From NCBI GenBank assembly GCA_049325595.1, contig JBMOLF010000010.1, positions 192,001 to 256,000 on the forward strand: DNA of 64,000 nucleotides, written 5' to 3'. The position numbers were made by a program, and so were the translations under genes. This DNA is from Candidatus Babelota bacterium (GTDB lineage: Bacteria > Babelota > Babeliae > Babelales > Vermiphilaceae). The stretch's first letter is position 1. Each line of letters opens with the position of its first letter. Positions 10,165 to 20,828 of the stretch are shown in pieces. Below the pieces are notes generated by a model, which was not told where the DNA came from, ran no database searches, and was given only the letters and a program-made list of their open reading frames with translations.

Positions 10165-12435
10165 TTATATTGTTGTTAAAAACCGGGCATCAATTTTTTT
10201 GGTGCCTGATTTAAATTCTACGGTTAAATGGTAGTTCTTATCTGATCTTATTTCTACTTCTTTAATAATTCCTGTACCAAATTTTGCATGATGTACTGGC
10301 TGATTTTTTTTCCAGGAAGACACGTTTGAACTTGAAGATTCAGGCATTGTTGTTATCAAATTTTTAACCTTGAAAGTTTGTTGAATAACAGGAATGTTTG
10401 AATTATTAATGGCAGAAGATAATTTTGGTGTATATAGCCATTCAGAAAAATAATTGATGAAATGTGATTGCTGCCAATAGGAGCAATCTTGAGCTGGGGC
10501 TAAACGATTGGGTATTTCGTTCATAAAACGCGAAGAGCGTTGGTCTGTCATAGTTCCAAATGTATAACGATACTTACAATGAGTAATGAGTAAATATTCC
10601 TGAGCTCTTGTTATGCCAACATAGAATAAACGGCGCTCTTCTTCAATTTGGTCATCATTATTTAATGATCGAGTACTTGGCAGAATGCCTTCTTCAACAC
10701 CGGTAAGAATTACCGTATCAAATTCTAATCCTTTTGCAGCATGTAAGGTCATAAGAAGAACGGGATTTAAAGATGAAGTTTCATTATCTTTATTATAATG
10801 TTCTTGCATAAGAGCTACTTCATCTAGAAACTGAGCAATTGTTTTAATTCCCCCTGTTTCTAAATGTCTTATTGCACCGATCAATTCCTTAATGTTTTCA
10901 ATACGACTTAATGCATCTTGTGGATCGTATTCTTCTTTTAAATAAGTATAATAATTTAATTTTTGTACTACTGCTTCAATAGCGTTGCTTGGCAATGTTT
11001 CTATTTCAATTGACTCGAAAATATCTATAAAAGCAATAAGAGCTTGTTGCTTAGTCCTAGTAAGAGTTTTTTCTTCGATGAGTTTACGTCCAATATCTTT
11101 AAAAGATAAAAAGGGCTCGAGTTTCCAGCGTTCATGAAATTGTTCTTCAAATTGAGCACCCAATCCGCGTGCAGGACAATTTATAATTCTAAAGAATGAT
11201 GCTCTATCAAAAGGATTAATGATAAGTTTTAGATACGCAAGTAAATCTTTAATTTCTTTTCGCTCATAGAATTGTACACCCCCAACTATTTTATAAGGAA
11301 GACTATGTTTGATAAGTGCTTCTTCAATAGCCCGGGATTGAAAATGTGTTCGGTAAAGAATAGCAACTGAATCAGTTGTTTTTTTCTTAGCTGAAATAAT
11401 TTTCAAGAACTGTGCTATTGCTTCAGCTTCTTGGTATTCAGATAAGCAGACAAGTGTTCGTGCCCTATCTGCGCCTTTCTTGTCCGACCAAAGACGCTTA
11501 GGGTTTCTACTATTGTTGTGTTCGATTACTGAGTTTGCAATATCTAATATAGGTTGTACAGAACGGTAATTTTGCTCAATAGTAATAATGGCAGTATTTT
11601 TAAAGTCTTTGGTAAAATTTAAAATATTAGCAACTGTTGCACCACGCCATGAATATATTGATTGATCCTCATCGCCAACTACGCATAATGAATCAATGAC
11701 AAATTGTTTTTGATCATCAAGTGCGATGTATTTAAGAAGTTCATGTTGGACAATATTAGTATCTTGATATTCATCAACTAGTAAATGCCGGATAGTTTGT
11801 TGAAGATTTTTTCTAAAAGCAGGATTTTTTTTAATAAGAATAACGGTTTGAACTAATAAATCATCAAAATCTAATGCTTTACTTAACGTTTTTTCATGCT
11901 CATAAGCACGGTATATTTCTTCAAGAAGTTGATTGTTAGCAAGATCATATTGCATGCCATGTAATGATTGATTTTTTATTTGCGATATTTGGTAGGCAAG
12001 CTGTTTTGCGGTAATTTTTTTAGTAAGACCATTTCTTGTAATAATTCCCTGTAAGATTTTATGTTGATCATCTTCATCAAGAATTGAAATAAAAGGAATA
12101 TCAAGCAAATGGGTATTTGTTTTAAGTAAACGAAGACAATATGAATGAAAAGTTCCTATAAAAGGAATTTGATGTGTTTTACCTAAAAATTGTTCAATAC
12201 GTTCTTTCATTTCTTTTGCTGCTTTATTAGTGAAGGTTAAAGCAACAATTTCTTCTGGTTTTACTGAATGATTAATTATAAGATGTGCTATTCGAGCTGT
12301 TATAACACGAGTTTTGCCTGAACCGGCGCCAGCCACAACAAGTAGTGCTCCTTTTGTGGTTGTTACCGCTTTACTTTGCTCATTATTTAATTGCTTAGAA
12401 ATAAAATCATTGAAGTTATTTTTAGATTCATTCAT
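10165..12435 (-). CDS. uvrD: ATP-dependent DNA helicase UvrD/PcrA
   Basis: AGAGSGKT, VDEYQDTN, QNYRS, TLHAAKGLEF, EERRLFYVGITRA. Confidence 0.95.
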   Translation of the reverse strand: MNESKNNFNDFISKQLNNEQSKAVTTTKGALLVVAGAGSGKTRVITARIAHLIINHSVKPEEIVALTFTNKAAKEMKERIEQFLGKTHQIPFIGTFHSYCLRLLKTNTHLLDIPFISILDEDDQHKILQGIITRNGLTKKITAKQLAYQISQIKNQSLHGMQYDLANNQLLEEIYRAYEHEKTLSKALDFDDLLVQTVILIKKNPAFRKNLQQTIRHLLVDEYQDTNIVQHELLKYIALDDQKQFVIDSLCVVGDEDQSIYSWRGATVANILNFTKDFKNTAIITIEQNYRSVQPILDIANSVIEHNNSRNPKRLWSDKKGADRARTLVCLSEYQEAEAIAQFLKIISAKKKTTDSVAILYRTHFQSRAIEEALIKHSLPYKIVGGVQFYERKEIKDLLAYLKLIINPFDRASFFRIINCPARGLGAQFEEQFHERWKLEPFLSFKDIGRKLIEEKTLTRTKQQALIAFIDIFESIEIETLPSNAIEAVVQKLNYYTYLKEEYDPQDALSRIENIKELIGAIRHLETGGIKTIAQFLDEVALMQEHYNKDNETSSLNPVLLMTLHAAKGLEFDTVILTGVEEGILPSTRSLNNDDQIEEERRLFYVGITRAQEYLLITHCKYRYTFGTMTDQRSSRFMNEIPNRLAPAQDCSYWQQSHFINYFSEWLYTPKLSSAINNSNIPVIQQTFKVKNLITTMPESSSSNVSSWKKNQPVHHAKFGTGIIKEVEIRSDKNYHLTVEFKSGTKKIDARFLTTI

Positions 12436-12518
12436 ATATGTGCCCGGGAAATAAAATAGTTCAGGAAAAGTGTAGCAGAGTAAACTGATTATTGCATCAA
12501 TGAGAATTTGATAATTAT

Positions 12519-12902
12519 CTATTGTGCCTGAAGTAAAAAACTAAAGACGCTTATGAGAGAGCAAACAAAGCTTCCCCATAAAATATCTACTATAACAATG
12601 GGAAAAGGCCAGTTAGTAATATAAAGATAATTGGTTAATTCATACACGCTGTATAGAATGAATCCAAAAGTTAAACCATTTAAAAATGCAGATTTATAGT
12701 TGATACTTAAAGGTAAGACAAAATAAAAAATACCGCCAACGATTAAAACCCAGACAATAATTCCAATACTTATCAATGGGCTTGATCTTCCTAATTTGCC
12801 AATATTATTTTGGTAAAAATCGTTCATAAGAAAACCAAGCCAAAATATATCTAAAGCGGCAAACAAAAAAATACTTAAAATATAAGAAATAATTACCGAC
12901 AT
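12519..12902 (-). CDS. DUF2177 family membrane protein
   Basis: LDIFWLG, YELTN, W...VDILWG motifs. Confidence 0.85.
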   Translation of the reverse strand: MSVIISYILSIFLFAALDIFWLGFLMNDFYQNNIGKLGRSSPLISIGIIVWVLIVGGIFYFVLPLSINYKSAFLNGLTFGFILYSVYELTNYLYITNWPFPIVIVDILWGSFVCSLISVFSFLLQAQ

Positions 12903-12968
12903 TGAGATACCTATTTCCTTAATTAGTTTACATTGTAAACGATACTATAAATTTTTTTGTCTATTACC

Positions 12969-14084
12969 CTACTTTTTAAAATTTTCAGTAAAGTTAAATA
13001 TATAGTCTATTAAAGGTTGTAAATCTGTTTTGTTGTGCGCGCTTACTAAGACATGTGGCTGATATTTGCTTATTTTTGACTCTATTTGTTCTTTATTATC
13101 AATTTTATCAGCTTTATTAAATACATAGATCATTGGTTTGTTAACATCAAGTTCTTTAAGAATTTGATGTACTGTTTTTATATGAAGTTCCCAATTTGCA
13201 TCAGCAATATCAATTACATGTAAAAGTAAATCAGCATATTCTAATTCTGAAAGTGTGGATTTGAAGGCTTCAATAAGTTGATGGGGAAGCTGTTGAATGA
13301 AACCAACGGTGTCAGATATCAAAGCTGTTTTTTTGCCATCAATATAGAGTTCTCGTGTAGTTGTTTCAAGCGTAGCAAATAATTTATCTTCGGCCAGAAC
13401 AGAGCTTTTAGTAAGAGAATTTAAGATAGTTGATTTGCCCGCATTGGTATAGCCAATTAAACAAATTAAAGGAATGTTGCTTGCAAGTCGTCGTTTACGC
13501 TGTGTTTGTCGTGCAGTATGGAGTTTTTCAAGCTGTTTTTTAATTTTTAAAATGGCATTTTCAATGTGGCGTGTTTCACGCTCTTTAATGGTTTCACCGG
13601 GTCCTTTATTGCCAATTTTTCCGGCTTGTTGGGATAAAAATATTCCTTGCCCAGAAAGTCTTGATTTGTCAAATTGAAGCATAGCAATGGCTACTTGAAG
13701 TTTTCCTTCGGCTGATGTAGCAGATTTTTCAAAAATTTCTAAAATTAAACGGGTGCGGTCATATATTTTGCAGTGTAATAACTCGCTTAAATTACGTTCT
13801 TGCTGCACCGTTAAGGGTTCAGATATAATTACTTCTTCGATTTCTAACTTGTCACAAATTTCCTTTACCTGTTCTAACTTTCCTTGAGTAAGAAAATAAC
13901 CAGGATCTATTTCTCGTAAGGTTATAAATTTGACTTCGTCATAATGAGTACGATTTGACTTAACCAGATTTAAAAATTCTTCAAAATATGAGTTAATATC
14001 AATATTTCTATTATAAGGGGCCTGTATGCCGAGTAATAAAGTTTTGGGAAATTGTTGAGTAATATATTCTTTTTTTACTGCCAT
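12969..14084 (-). CDS. hflX: ribosome-splitting GTPase HflX
   Basis: GPGET, GYTNAGKST, DKLFATL, DTVGFI, NKAD. Confidence 0.96.
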   Translation of the reverse strand: MAVKKEYITQQFPKTLLLGIQAPYNRNIDINSYFEEFLNLVKSNRTHYDEVKFITLREIDPGYFLTQGKLEQVKEICDKLEIEEVIISEPLTVQQERNLSELLHCKIYDRTRLILEIFEKSATSAEGKLQVAIAMLQFDKSRLSGQGIFLSQQAGKIGNKGPGETIKERETRHIENAILKIKKQLEKLHTARQTQRKRRLASNIPLICLIGYTNAGKSTILNSLTKSSVLAEDKLFATLETTTRELYIDGKKTALISDTVGFIQQLPHQLIEAFKSTLSELEYADLLLHVIDIADANWELHIKTVHQILKELDVNKPMIYVFNKADKIDNKEQIESKISKYQPHVLVSAHNKTDLQPLIDYIFNFTENFKK

Positions 14085-14300
14085 GGGTAACTCTTTTTCA
14101 TACGAAAAGCTATGTAATTCTCTACTAAATACTTAATAGTCTTATAAATCCAATCCTTTATAATTTCTAATAGAAATAATTAATCCGTTCGGGTAAGAAA
14201 TTAATTAAATCAACGCCATTAATAAGGTAAAAATATAGTGTTTATGCTTTTTTTTGATAAACTATTTTTAATATAGCAAAAAAAGCAGGAAAAAATTAGT

Positions 14301-15632
14301 ATGTTTGATTTCTTGAGTTCAAAATTTTCATCTATTTTTAGCAAACTTACTGGCAATAAGGTTTTAACTCAATCTGACGTTAATAATGCATTAGCGCAGG
14401 TAAAAGATGCTTTATTAGAAGCCGACGTGCCTTATGCTCTTGTGGAGCAGTTTTGCGCAGAAATCAATCAGGATATTGTTGGCCAAAAACTTATTGGCGC
14501 TTTAAAGCCAAATGAACAATTTATAAAGGTTGTCTATGAACGTATGGTTACCTTTTTAGGAGGTAAGCAAGTTGTTCCTTTTTCCTTTCAGCTCCCATCA
14601 ATAGTGATGGTTTTAGGATTGCAAGGTTCGGGTAAGACTACGTCTATTGCAAAAATTGCTTCTCTTATTCAAAAGCAAGCGCAACAAAAAGGAAAAAATA
14701 GGCGTATCTTATTGGCGTCGATAGATTTTTATCGTCCAGCAGCTATTGATCAGCTAGAACTGGTAGCAAAGCAGGCAGGGGTGAGTTTTTACCGATCCCA
14801 ATCAACTAATCCTATTCAGGCTGCAAAAGAAATTTATCATTTCTATAAAAAAGAGGGGTTTGAGTTGTTGTTTTTGGACACAGCCGGCCGTCTCCATATA
14901 GATAATGCGATGCTTCAAGAATTGCGTTTTGTAGAAGCTGAGTTAGAACCTAAGTATAAATTGCTCGTATTAGATGCAATGACTGGACAAGAATCCTTTG
15001 CAGTAGCGCAGGCTTTTGAACAAGGAATCGGGTTTGATATTGCTATGCTAAGCAAAATGGATAGTGATGCTCGAGGGGGAGCTGCATTTGCATTTAGATA
15101 TGCATTAAAAAAACCAATTATTTTTGCCGGTATTGGTGAAAAGCTTGTTGATATTGAACATTTTTATCCTGATAGAATAGCAAGTAGAATCCTGGGAATG
15201 GGAGATGTTCAAAGTTTGGTCGAAAAAGCAAATGAAAAAATAAAAGAATCTGAGCAAGAGCGTTTAACTAAGGCTTTTGCTAAAGGAAAATTAACTTTAC
15301 AAGATTTTGCTGATCAAATAGAGATGATGAATAAGTTGGGCTCAATGACTCATATTCTTAGGTATATTCCTGGGGTTAATAAGCAGAATGTTTCCCCAGA
15401 AATGATCGAAAAAGGCGAGCTTGAATTGAAAAAATTTAAGGCTATAATCCATTCTATGACGCCAAAAGAGCGTCTCAACCATGTTATTATAGATGCCTCT
15501 CGAAAAAAAAGAATTGCTATTGGAGCGGGCGTAACCCAGCAAGATATTAATACCTTGCTTGACCGCTTTGAACAAAGTCAACAATATGTTAAACTACTAA
15601 AGAAATTTGGACGGTTTCCTAATCTCTTTTAG
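14301..15632 (+). CDS. ffh: signal recognition particle protein Ffh
   Basis: ALLEADV, GLQGSGKTT, DTAGR, SMTPKER M-domain. Confidence 0.97.
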   Translation: MFDFLSSKFSSIFSKLTGNKVLTQSDVNNALAQVKDALLEADVPYALVEQFCAEINQDIVGQKLIGALKPNEQFIKVVYERMVTFLGGKQVVPFSFQLPSIVMVLGLQGSGKTTSIAKIASLIQKQAQQKGKNRRILLASIDFYRPAAIDQLELVAKQAGVSFYRSQSTNPIQAAKEIYHFYKKEGFELLFLDTAGRLHIDNAMLQELRFVEAELEPKYKLLVLDAMTGQESFAVAQAFEQGIGFDIAMLSKMDSDARGGAAFAFRYALKKPIIFAGIGEKLVDIEHFYPDRIASRILGMGDVQSLVEKANEKIKESEQERLTKAFAKGKLTLQDFADQIEMMNKLGSMTHILRYIPGVNKQNVSPEMIEKGELELKKFKAIIHSMTPKERLNHVIIDASRKKRIAIGAGVTQQDINTLLDRFEQSQQYVKLLKKFGRFPNLF

Positions 15633-15677
15633 TTATTTTGTAATTAATTTTACCCTTTTTTAATTGAAGGATTATCT

Positions 15678-15956
15678 ATGGCAGTCAAAATTAGATTGTC
15701 TCGTATTGGTAAAAAACATGCTCCTTTTTATCGCATAGTTGCGGTAGATTCTCGCAAAAAGCGTGATGGAGCTTTTTTAGAAGATTTAGGCACTTATAAT
15801 GCACTAGATACTAAATTGGTAACTTTCCATGAAGAGCGTATTCAATATTGGTTATCTCAAGGTGCACAACCGACTGATTCGGTAAAAAAAATTCATAAAT
15901 TATATCAAAAGCAGGGTATTGAAGCTGCGGCTGAAACAAAAAAGCAAGCAGAATAA
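15678..15956 (+). CDS. rpsP: 30S ribosomal protein S16
   Basis: [21 protein letters not shown]. Confidence 0.98.
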   Translation: MAVKIRLSRIGKKHAPFYRIVAVDSRKKRDGAFLEDLGTYNALDTKLVTFHEERIQYWLSQGAQPTDSVKKIHKLYQKQGIEAAAETKKQAE

Positions 15957-15969
15957 ATACTAAGGTAAA

Positions 15970-17283
15970 GTGCTTCTGAATATGAAAATATCTGTTCTTT
16001 CAGTTTTTCCTGAGCTTTATAAACCATTCCTTGAGACAAGCTTAATAAAAAAAGCTCAAGAAAATAAATTAGTTAATATTCAATTAGCTGATTTTTTTTC
16101 TTTTGCGGCTCCCAAAGAGCGGATAGATGCGCCAACATTTGGTCATGGGGCAGGAATGCTCCTCAAGCCGGATATTATTCAGCGGGCCATTGAAAATACA
16201 GAAGAACAACGGGGGTCTAGTTATAAGATTTTTTTCTCACCTCATGGAAAAAAGCTAACTCAAAAATTGCTTAATTCCATTATGCAAAAAAGCGCAGAAC
16301 ATAAACATGTTATGTTGGTACCTGCTCGTTATGAAGGTATGGATGCTCGTGTAGAAGAATATTATGCAGATGAAATAATCTCTGTTGGTGATTTTGTATT
16401 AATGGGTGGTGATATACCTGCAATGATATTTCTTGAAGGGTTTATGCGGTTAATCCCTGGTATTATTGGCAAACAAGAATCGGTTGAACATGAATCATTT
16501 ACCGGTCCTTTTGTGGATTATCCAGAATATACTGAGCCAGTTGTATGGAAGGGTATGAGCGTTCCTGATGTTGTAAGGTCTGGGAATCATAATGCGCTAC
16601 AACGATGGCGCCAAACAGAAGCAGTAAAAAGAACAGTTCTGCATCATTTTGAATGGCTCAAATCATATCCTTTAAATTCAGAGCAAAAAAAAATAACCTT
16701 AGAACAAATACCACATCATTATATTGCATTACTGCATAGCAATGTTGTGCTTGGCGATCAAGACAAGATTGGAACTACTTCAGTTACATCTTTAGATATT
16801 CATGATATTGCGCGATCCTCTAAAACATATGGAATAAAAAAGTTTTTTGTAGTTACTCCGCTTAAAGATCAACAAAAAATTGTTGGAACTTTACTGGATT
16901 TTTGGCAAACCGGCTACGGAAGTGAATATAATAAGCATCGTCATGAGGCAATAAAAGATGTTCAATTAGTTGCAGAATTGGAACAAGTTAAAAACAAAAT
17001 TTATGAAATTGAAGGCCAAGTACCGCTTGTTATTGCTACATCAGCAAGAGATATCTCACATAGTCAAATGATTACTTTTTATGATTATGAAAAAGTGTGG
17101 GAACCTAAGCGTCCAGTACTTTTTGTATTTGGAACTGGTAAAGGCTTGTCTGATGAATTTTTAGCACAATGCGATTACCTATTATTGCCAGTTGTTGGAT
17201 TAACCGATTTTAATCATTTATCAGTTCGTTCTGCAGTTGCCATTATATTAGATAGATGGCTTGGTAATAATGTAAAGAACTAG
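15970..17283 (+). CDS. trmD: tRNA m1G37 methyltransferase TrmD fused to a second SPOUT (Tm1570-like) methyltransferase domain
   Basis: RYEGMDAR, SVGDFVLMGG, RSGNH; then TTSVTSLDIHDIARS...FGTGKGL...NHLSVRSA; alternative ATG start at 15982. Confidence 0.93.
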   Translation: MLLNMKISVLSVFPELYKPFLETSLIKKAQENKLVNIQLADFFSFAAPKERIDAPTFGHGAGMLLKPDIIQRAIENTEEQRGSSYKIFFSPHGKKLTQKLLNSIMQKSAEHKHVMLVPARYEGMDARVEEYYADEIISVGDFVLMGGDIPAMIFLEGFMRLIPGIIGKQESVEHESFTGPFVDYPEYTEPVVWKGMSVPDVVRSGNHNALQRWRQTEAVKRTVLHHFEWLKSYPLNSEQKKITLEQIPHHYIALLHSNVVLGDQDKIGTTSVTSLDIHDIARSSKTYGIKKFFVVTPLKDQQKIVGTLLDFWQTGYGSEYNKHRHEAIKDVQLVAELEQVKNKIYEIEGQVPLVIATSARDISHSQMITFYDYEKVWEPKRPVLFVFGTGKGLSDEFLAQCDYLLLPVVGLTDFNHLSVRSAVAIILDRWLGNNVKN

Positions 17284-17381
17284 CAAAAAAATTGGCATTC
17301 GTAATGTTTTAGGGTATAGTAAAAAATAATTCTTACAAATAAGATCTCCCGAATAATGCAAAGCATGAGGAATGATTTAAC

Positions 17382-17786
17382 ATGAAAGCAAAAAAAATTA
17401 CAAAAGAAACTATAATTGATTTGGGTGTGAAACCTAATATACTTCCTCCATTCAAAGTGGGAGATACTATCGCTGTATCTCAAAGAATAAAAGAGGGCGA
17501 TAAAGAGCGTTTGCAAGTATTTGAGGGGGATGTTATAAAAATAAGAAAAAATGGCATTTCAAGCTCTTTTACCGTTCGTAAAATTGGGGCAAATGCGGTA
17601 GGCGTAGAGCGTATTTTCCCAAACTTTTCACCTTTGATCGAATCAGTTAAAGTAATTAGAAATGGTAAAGTTTGCAGAGCAAAACTTTATTATATTAGAA
17701 AACGTGTAGGTAAAGCTGCTCGTGTACAAGAAAAAATTCTTACTAAAGAGCAAAAAGCTTCTAACAATGCACGTATAGAAGCATAA
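17382..17786 (+). CDS. rplS: 50S ribosomal protein L19
   Basis: [24 protein letters not shown]. Confidence 0.98.
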   Translation: MKAKKITKETIIDLGVKPNILPPFKVGDTIAVSQRIKEGDKERLQVFEGDVIKIRKNGISSSFTVRKIGANAVGVERIFPNFSPLIESVKVIRNGKVCRAKLYYIRKRVGKAARVQEKILTKEQKASNNARIEA

Positions 17787-17788
17787 TT

Positions 17789-18295
17789 ATGAATAAAGGT
17801 GCATATATTTTATTGATTGTGTGCCTGGGCTTTTTCCCTTCATGTTCAAAAAAAAATAAAAATAAGCAGGATGCTATAATAATGAGCAATCCTGCTTATT
17901 TTGTTGATCAAAAAGATCTTTTTGAAAATGAAATGTTAATAGAAAAAAGAGAGCAACATTTTAATAAAAGAAAAAGGTATAATTTATCTAATCAATTTGA
18001 TGAGTTGAGCAACAAAGAAATTCCCTATATGATTGATGCTCATTCAATAAAACAGCATGATATGGCAAGTCATACAAGATTAGAATATTATACTCAATAT
18101 ATTCCCGCCGAGATTACTAGTTTTTATGAACAAGAAATGGAATTTTTGGGTTGGGAGAAATTATTTTTTTACCAAGAAGAACAAGAATTTCTAATGGTTT
18201 TTACTAAACCTCATAAAAGCTTAGTCATTATAGGTAAAATAGAAAAGAATAAATATAAAGTCTTAATTTATACTGATAAGATCATTGAGCAATAA
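17789..18295 (+). CDS. hypothetical lipoprotein
   Basis: Hydrophobic N-terminus ending FPS-C; C-terminal FYEQEMEFLGW pattern. Confidence 0.6.
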   Translation: MNKGAYILLIVCLGFFPSCSKKNKNKQDAIIMSNPAYFVDQKDLFENEMLIEKREQHFNKRKRYNLSNQFDELSNKEIPYMIDAHSIKQHDMASHTRLEYYTQYIPAEITSFYEQEMEFLGWEKLFFYQEEQEFLMVFTKPHKSLVIIGKIEKNKYKVLIYTDKIIEQ

Positions 18296-18303
18296 TATTA
18301 CTC

Positions 18304-18603
18304 TTAATCTTCATCAGAATGTTTTCTTTTATTACTCGTCGAAGCTGCGCCTGCTATAGCACCCAATCCTGCTCCTGTGCCCAAACCAATTAACGCTCCA
18401 TTGCGTCCTCCAGCTATTCCACCAATAGCGGCGCCACCTAAACCTCCAAATAATATTCCTTTACCAACAGCCTTTCCTCTATCATTTCTATAAGAACGAT
18501 AATTTTTTGTTTTAGCGTTTGCACCATGTTCAAAAGTAATTCCTGCGATAATTGCCCACATTAAAACAAATAACGATAGAAAAATAATTTTTTTTATCTC
18601 CAT
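18304..18603 (-). CDS. glycine-zipper membrane/secreted protein
   Basis: Signal-like N-terminus and GxxxGxxxG repeats (GGLGGAAIGGIAGG...GAGLGAIAG). Confidence 0.8.
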   Translation of the reverse strand: MEIKKIIFLSLFVLMWAIIAGITFEHGANAKTKNYRSYRNDRGKAVGKGILFGGLGGAAIGGIAGGRNGALIGLGTGAGLGAIAGAASTSNKRKHSDED

Positions 18604-18774
18604 ATAAACCCTTCTCCCTTATACTTTTCAAATACAATAATAAATTACAAAAAGAAACAATGTTTTTTCAATATTTTTATATAATTTTCAAATCTACACA
18701 GGTGGGGTGCAGGATCTAAGGAATATAGTTACATGTAGCAAAACTAAATTACCGGTAAAATCAATCTTGAAAAA

Positions 18775-20163
18775 TTAGAGTAAGTCGGGTAGTTTATTCA
18801 TTTTTCCGGCACCAAGAAGAAGTACTATATCATCTTCTTCAATTAAGCTGCTTAGTTGGGCTTTAATAAAAGTAAAATTAATGTCGTATGGAACATAATA
18901 AGTTTTAAAAGGTGGATTGCACTCATTTATAGCCGCTGCTAATCGTTCACTAGTAACATTTGGTATAGCTGCTTCGCTTGCAGGATAAATATCAGTAACT
19001 ATTAAGTGATCGATAGCGCTTTCTTTGAATGTGTCTATAAAATTTTGCCATAATTTGTCAGTACGACTATAGCGATGTGGTTGAAAAATTACGATAAGCT
19101 TTTTCTTACATTTTTTTTTGGCAACTAACAATGTATTTTGAATTTCCTTAGGGTGGTGGCCATAATCATCGAAGAATTCAGCCCCAAAAAATCTGCCTTT
19201 ATATGAAAAACGACGTTCTATTCCTTTAAATAATTGTAGTGCTTTTTGAATTATTTTAAATTCGATTCCTAAATCCAATGCGATTGATATAGCACCTAAT
19301 GTGTTTAATATATTGTGTTTACCAGGCATATGGATAGTAATTGTTCCCAAAGAAACTGAATTGCCTTTTGTGTAAACATCAAATGATGAGAAATCAGGTT
19401 CTATTTTAAGATTTTTCCCATAAATATCAGCAGTTTCATCTAAGCCATAAAAAACTTTTTTAATATGCGGAAGTTGTAAGGAAACTGCGCGTACCGCTTC
19501 ATCTTCAGCGCATAAAAATGCTTTCCCATAAAAAGGAATATTGTTTAAAAATTTTTTAAATGTTCCTTTAATATCATCAAGATCTGTGTAGGTTTCTAAG
19601 TGTTCTATATCTATATTGGTAACAAGAGCTAAGGTTGGATTTAATTTCTCGATAGAGCGATCACTTTCATCGGCCTCAGCAACTAAAAAATTTCCTAATC
19701 CCATGCGAGCATTGTTGGAAATATTTTTTAGATGTCCTCCAATAATAACTGTTGGATCTATGCTAGCTTCAATTAAAATATGAGAAATTAAAGAAGTGGT
19801 TGTTGTTTTTCCATGAGAGCCGGCTATAGCAATACTATATTTTGTTCTCATGAGCTCTGAGAGCATCAAAGCACGTGGAATAGTTGGAATTCCTTGCTCT
19901 TGTGCAAAAATAATCTCGGGATTATGAGATCGAATAGCAGAAGAGTAAACCAAAACATCAATAGATTTATTTTTACAAAATGTAGTGTTGTTGCCTTCGT
20001 AAACATGACAACCAATATCCTTAAGGTTTTGAATACTTTTTTGATCGATATCTTGATCGCAGCCAGATATTTCAAAACCTTGATGTTTAAGAATGGTAGC
20101 TATACCACTCATGCCAATACCGCCTATCCCCACAAAATGAATATGTGCTTTTTTTGTATACAT
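18775..20163 (-). CDS. murC: UDP-N-acetylmuramate--L-alanine ligase
   Basis: GIGGIGMSG, GSHGKTTT, EADESD, DDYGHHP, FQPHRYSR. Confidence 0.97.
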   Translation of the reverse strand: MYTKKAHIHFVGIGGIGMSGIATILKHQGFEISGCDQDIDQKSIQNLKDIGCHVYEGNNTTFCKNKSIDVLVYSSAIRSHNPEIIFAQEQGIPTIPRALMLSELMRTKYSIAIAGSHGKTTTTSLISHILIEASIDPTVIIGGHLKNISNNARMGLGNFLVAEADESDRSIEKLNPTLALVTNIDIEHLETYTDLDDIKGTFKKFLNNIPFYGKAFLCAEDEAVRAVSLQLPHIKKVFYGLDETADIYGKNLKIEPDFSSFDVYTKGNSVSLGTITIHMPGKHNILNTLGAISIALDLGIEFKIIQKALQLFKGIERRFSYKGRFFGAEFFDDYGHHPKEIQNTLLVAKKKCKKKLIVIFQPHRYSRTDKLWQNFIDTFKESAIDHLIVTDIYPASEAAIPNVTSERLAAAINECNPPFKTYYVPYDINFTFIKAQLSSLIEEDDIVLLLGAGKMNKLPDLL

Positions 20164-20243
20164 TTTTAAATCTCGTTGTTTTGAACTAATGATGTGTTGG
20201 TGTTTAGATAAAAATAACGATAAATTTATGTATTTACAAAAAA

Positions 20244-20627
20244 TTATAGAAGTTTTTTTAATTTTCTAAGTTGTTCACGCAAGGTAATAAGTTGTTGGAT
20301 AAATAAAGAATGGTCCAATAAGACAGTATTTGAACTATCAGTTGATAGTGAAGTGGAACTTATTAATTTTGTATCTTGTTTTAAAGTTGGTGTGCCTCTA
20401 TCTAAGAGTTGTTTTTTTGCTCCGGTAATAGTAAATCCTTTTTCATATAAAAGCTCTTTGATGAGTAAAAAAGTTTCTAAATCTTTTTCACTGTAAAATC
20501 GTTGTTTTCCAGCTGAACGGACTGATTTGAAATTAAATTCTTTTTCCCAAAATCGGACAACATATTTTTCAACTTTTAATTGTTTTGCAAGCTCACCAAT
20601 ACGAAATTGTCGTCTTTGCATTTTCAT
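20244..20627 (-). CDS. MerR-family HTH regulator
   Basis: IGELAKQL...VRFWEKEF...RFYS...LLYEKGFTITGAK; start placed at ATG 20627 after AAAGGGA. Confidence 0.88.
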   Translation of the reverse strand: MKMQRRQFRIGELAKQLKVEKYVVRFWEKEFNFKSVRSAGKQRFYSEKDLETFLLIKELLYEKGFTITGAKKQLLDRGTPTLKQDTKLISSTSLSTDSSNTVLLDHSLFIQQLITLREQLRKLKKLL

Positions 20628-20828
20628 CAGGCTTCCCTTTTTTATCAATAACAATCAAATGATGTAAGTTATAACTCATCAGATCTTTTATGTAAAATAC
20701 TATTTTTTTGAGTTATACTCTTGGGCTGTTTTAGTGGTCAAGTATTTATTAATATGGTATTCTCAAACATAAAGTTAAAGTAATATCTCTCTTTTAATGG
20801 CTCTATTCCTCGCTCTAAGGAAAAAATT

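Noticed and set aside
14085..14300. Possible SRP RNA (ffs) upstream of ffh
   Set aside because: AT-rich, with no SRP domain IV motif (CAGG...GGAA...AGCAG)
18690..18760. Short GC-richer patch (GGTGGGGTGCAGG) in an intergenic region
   Set aside because: No convincing stem, ORF or known RNA motif
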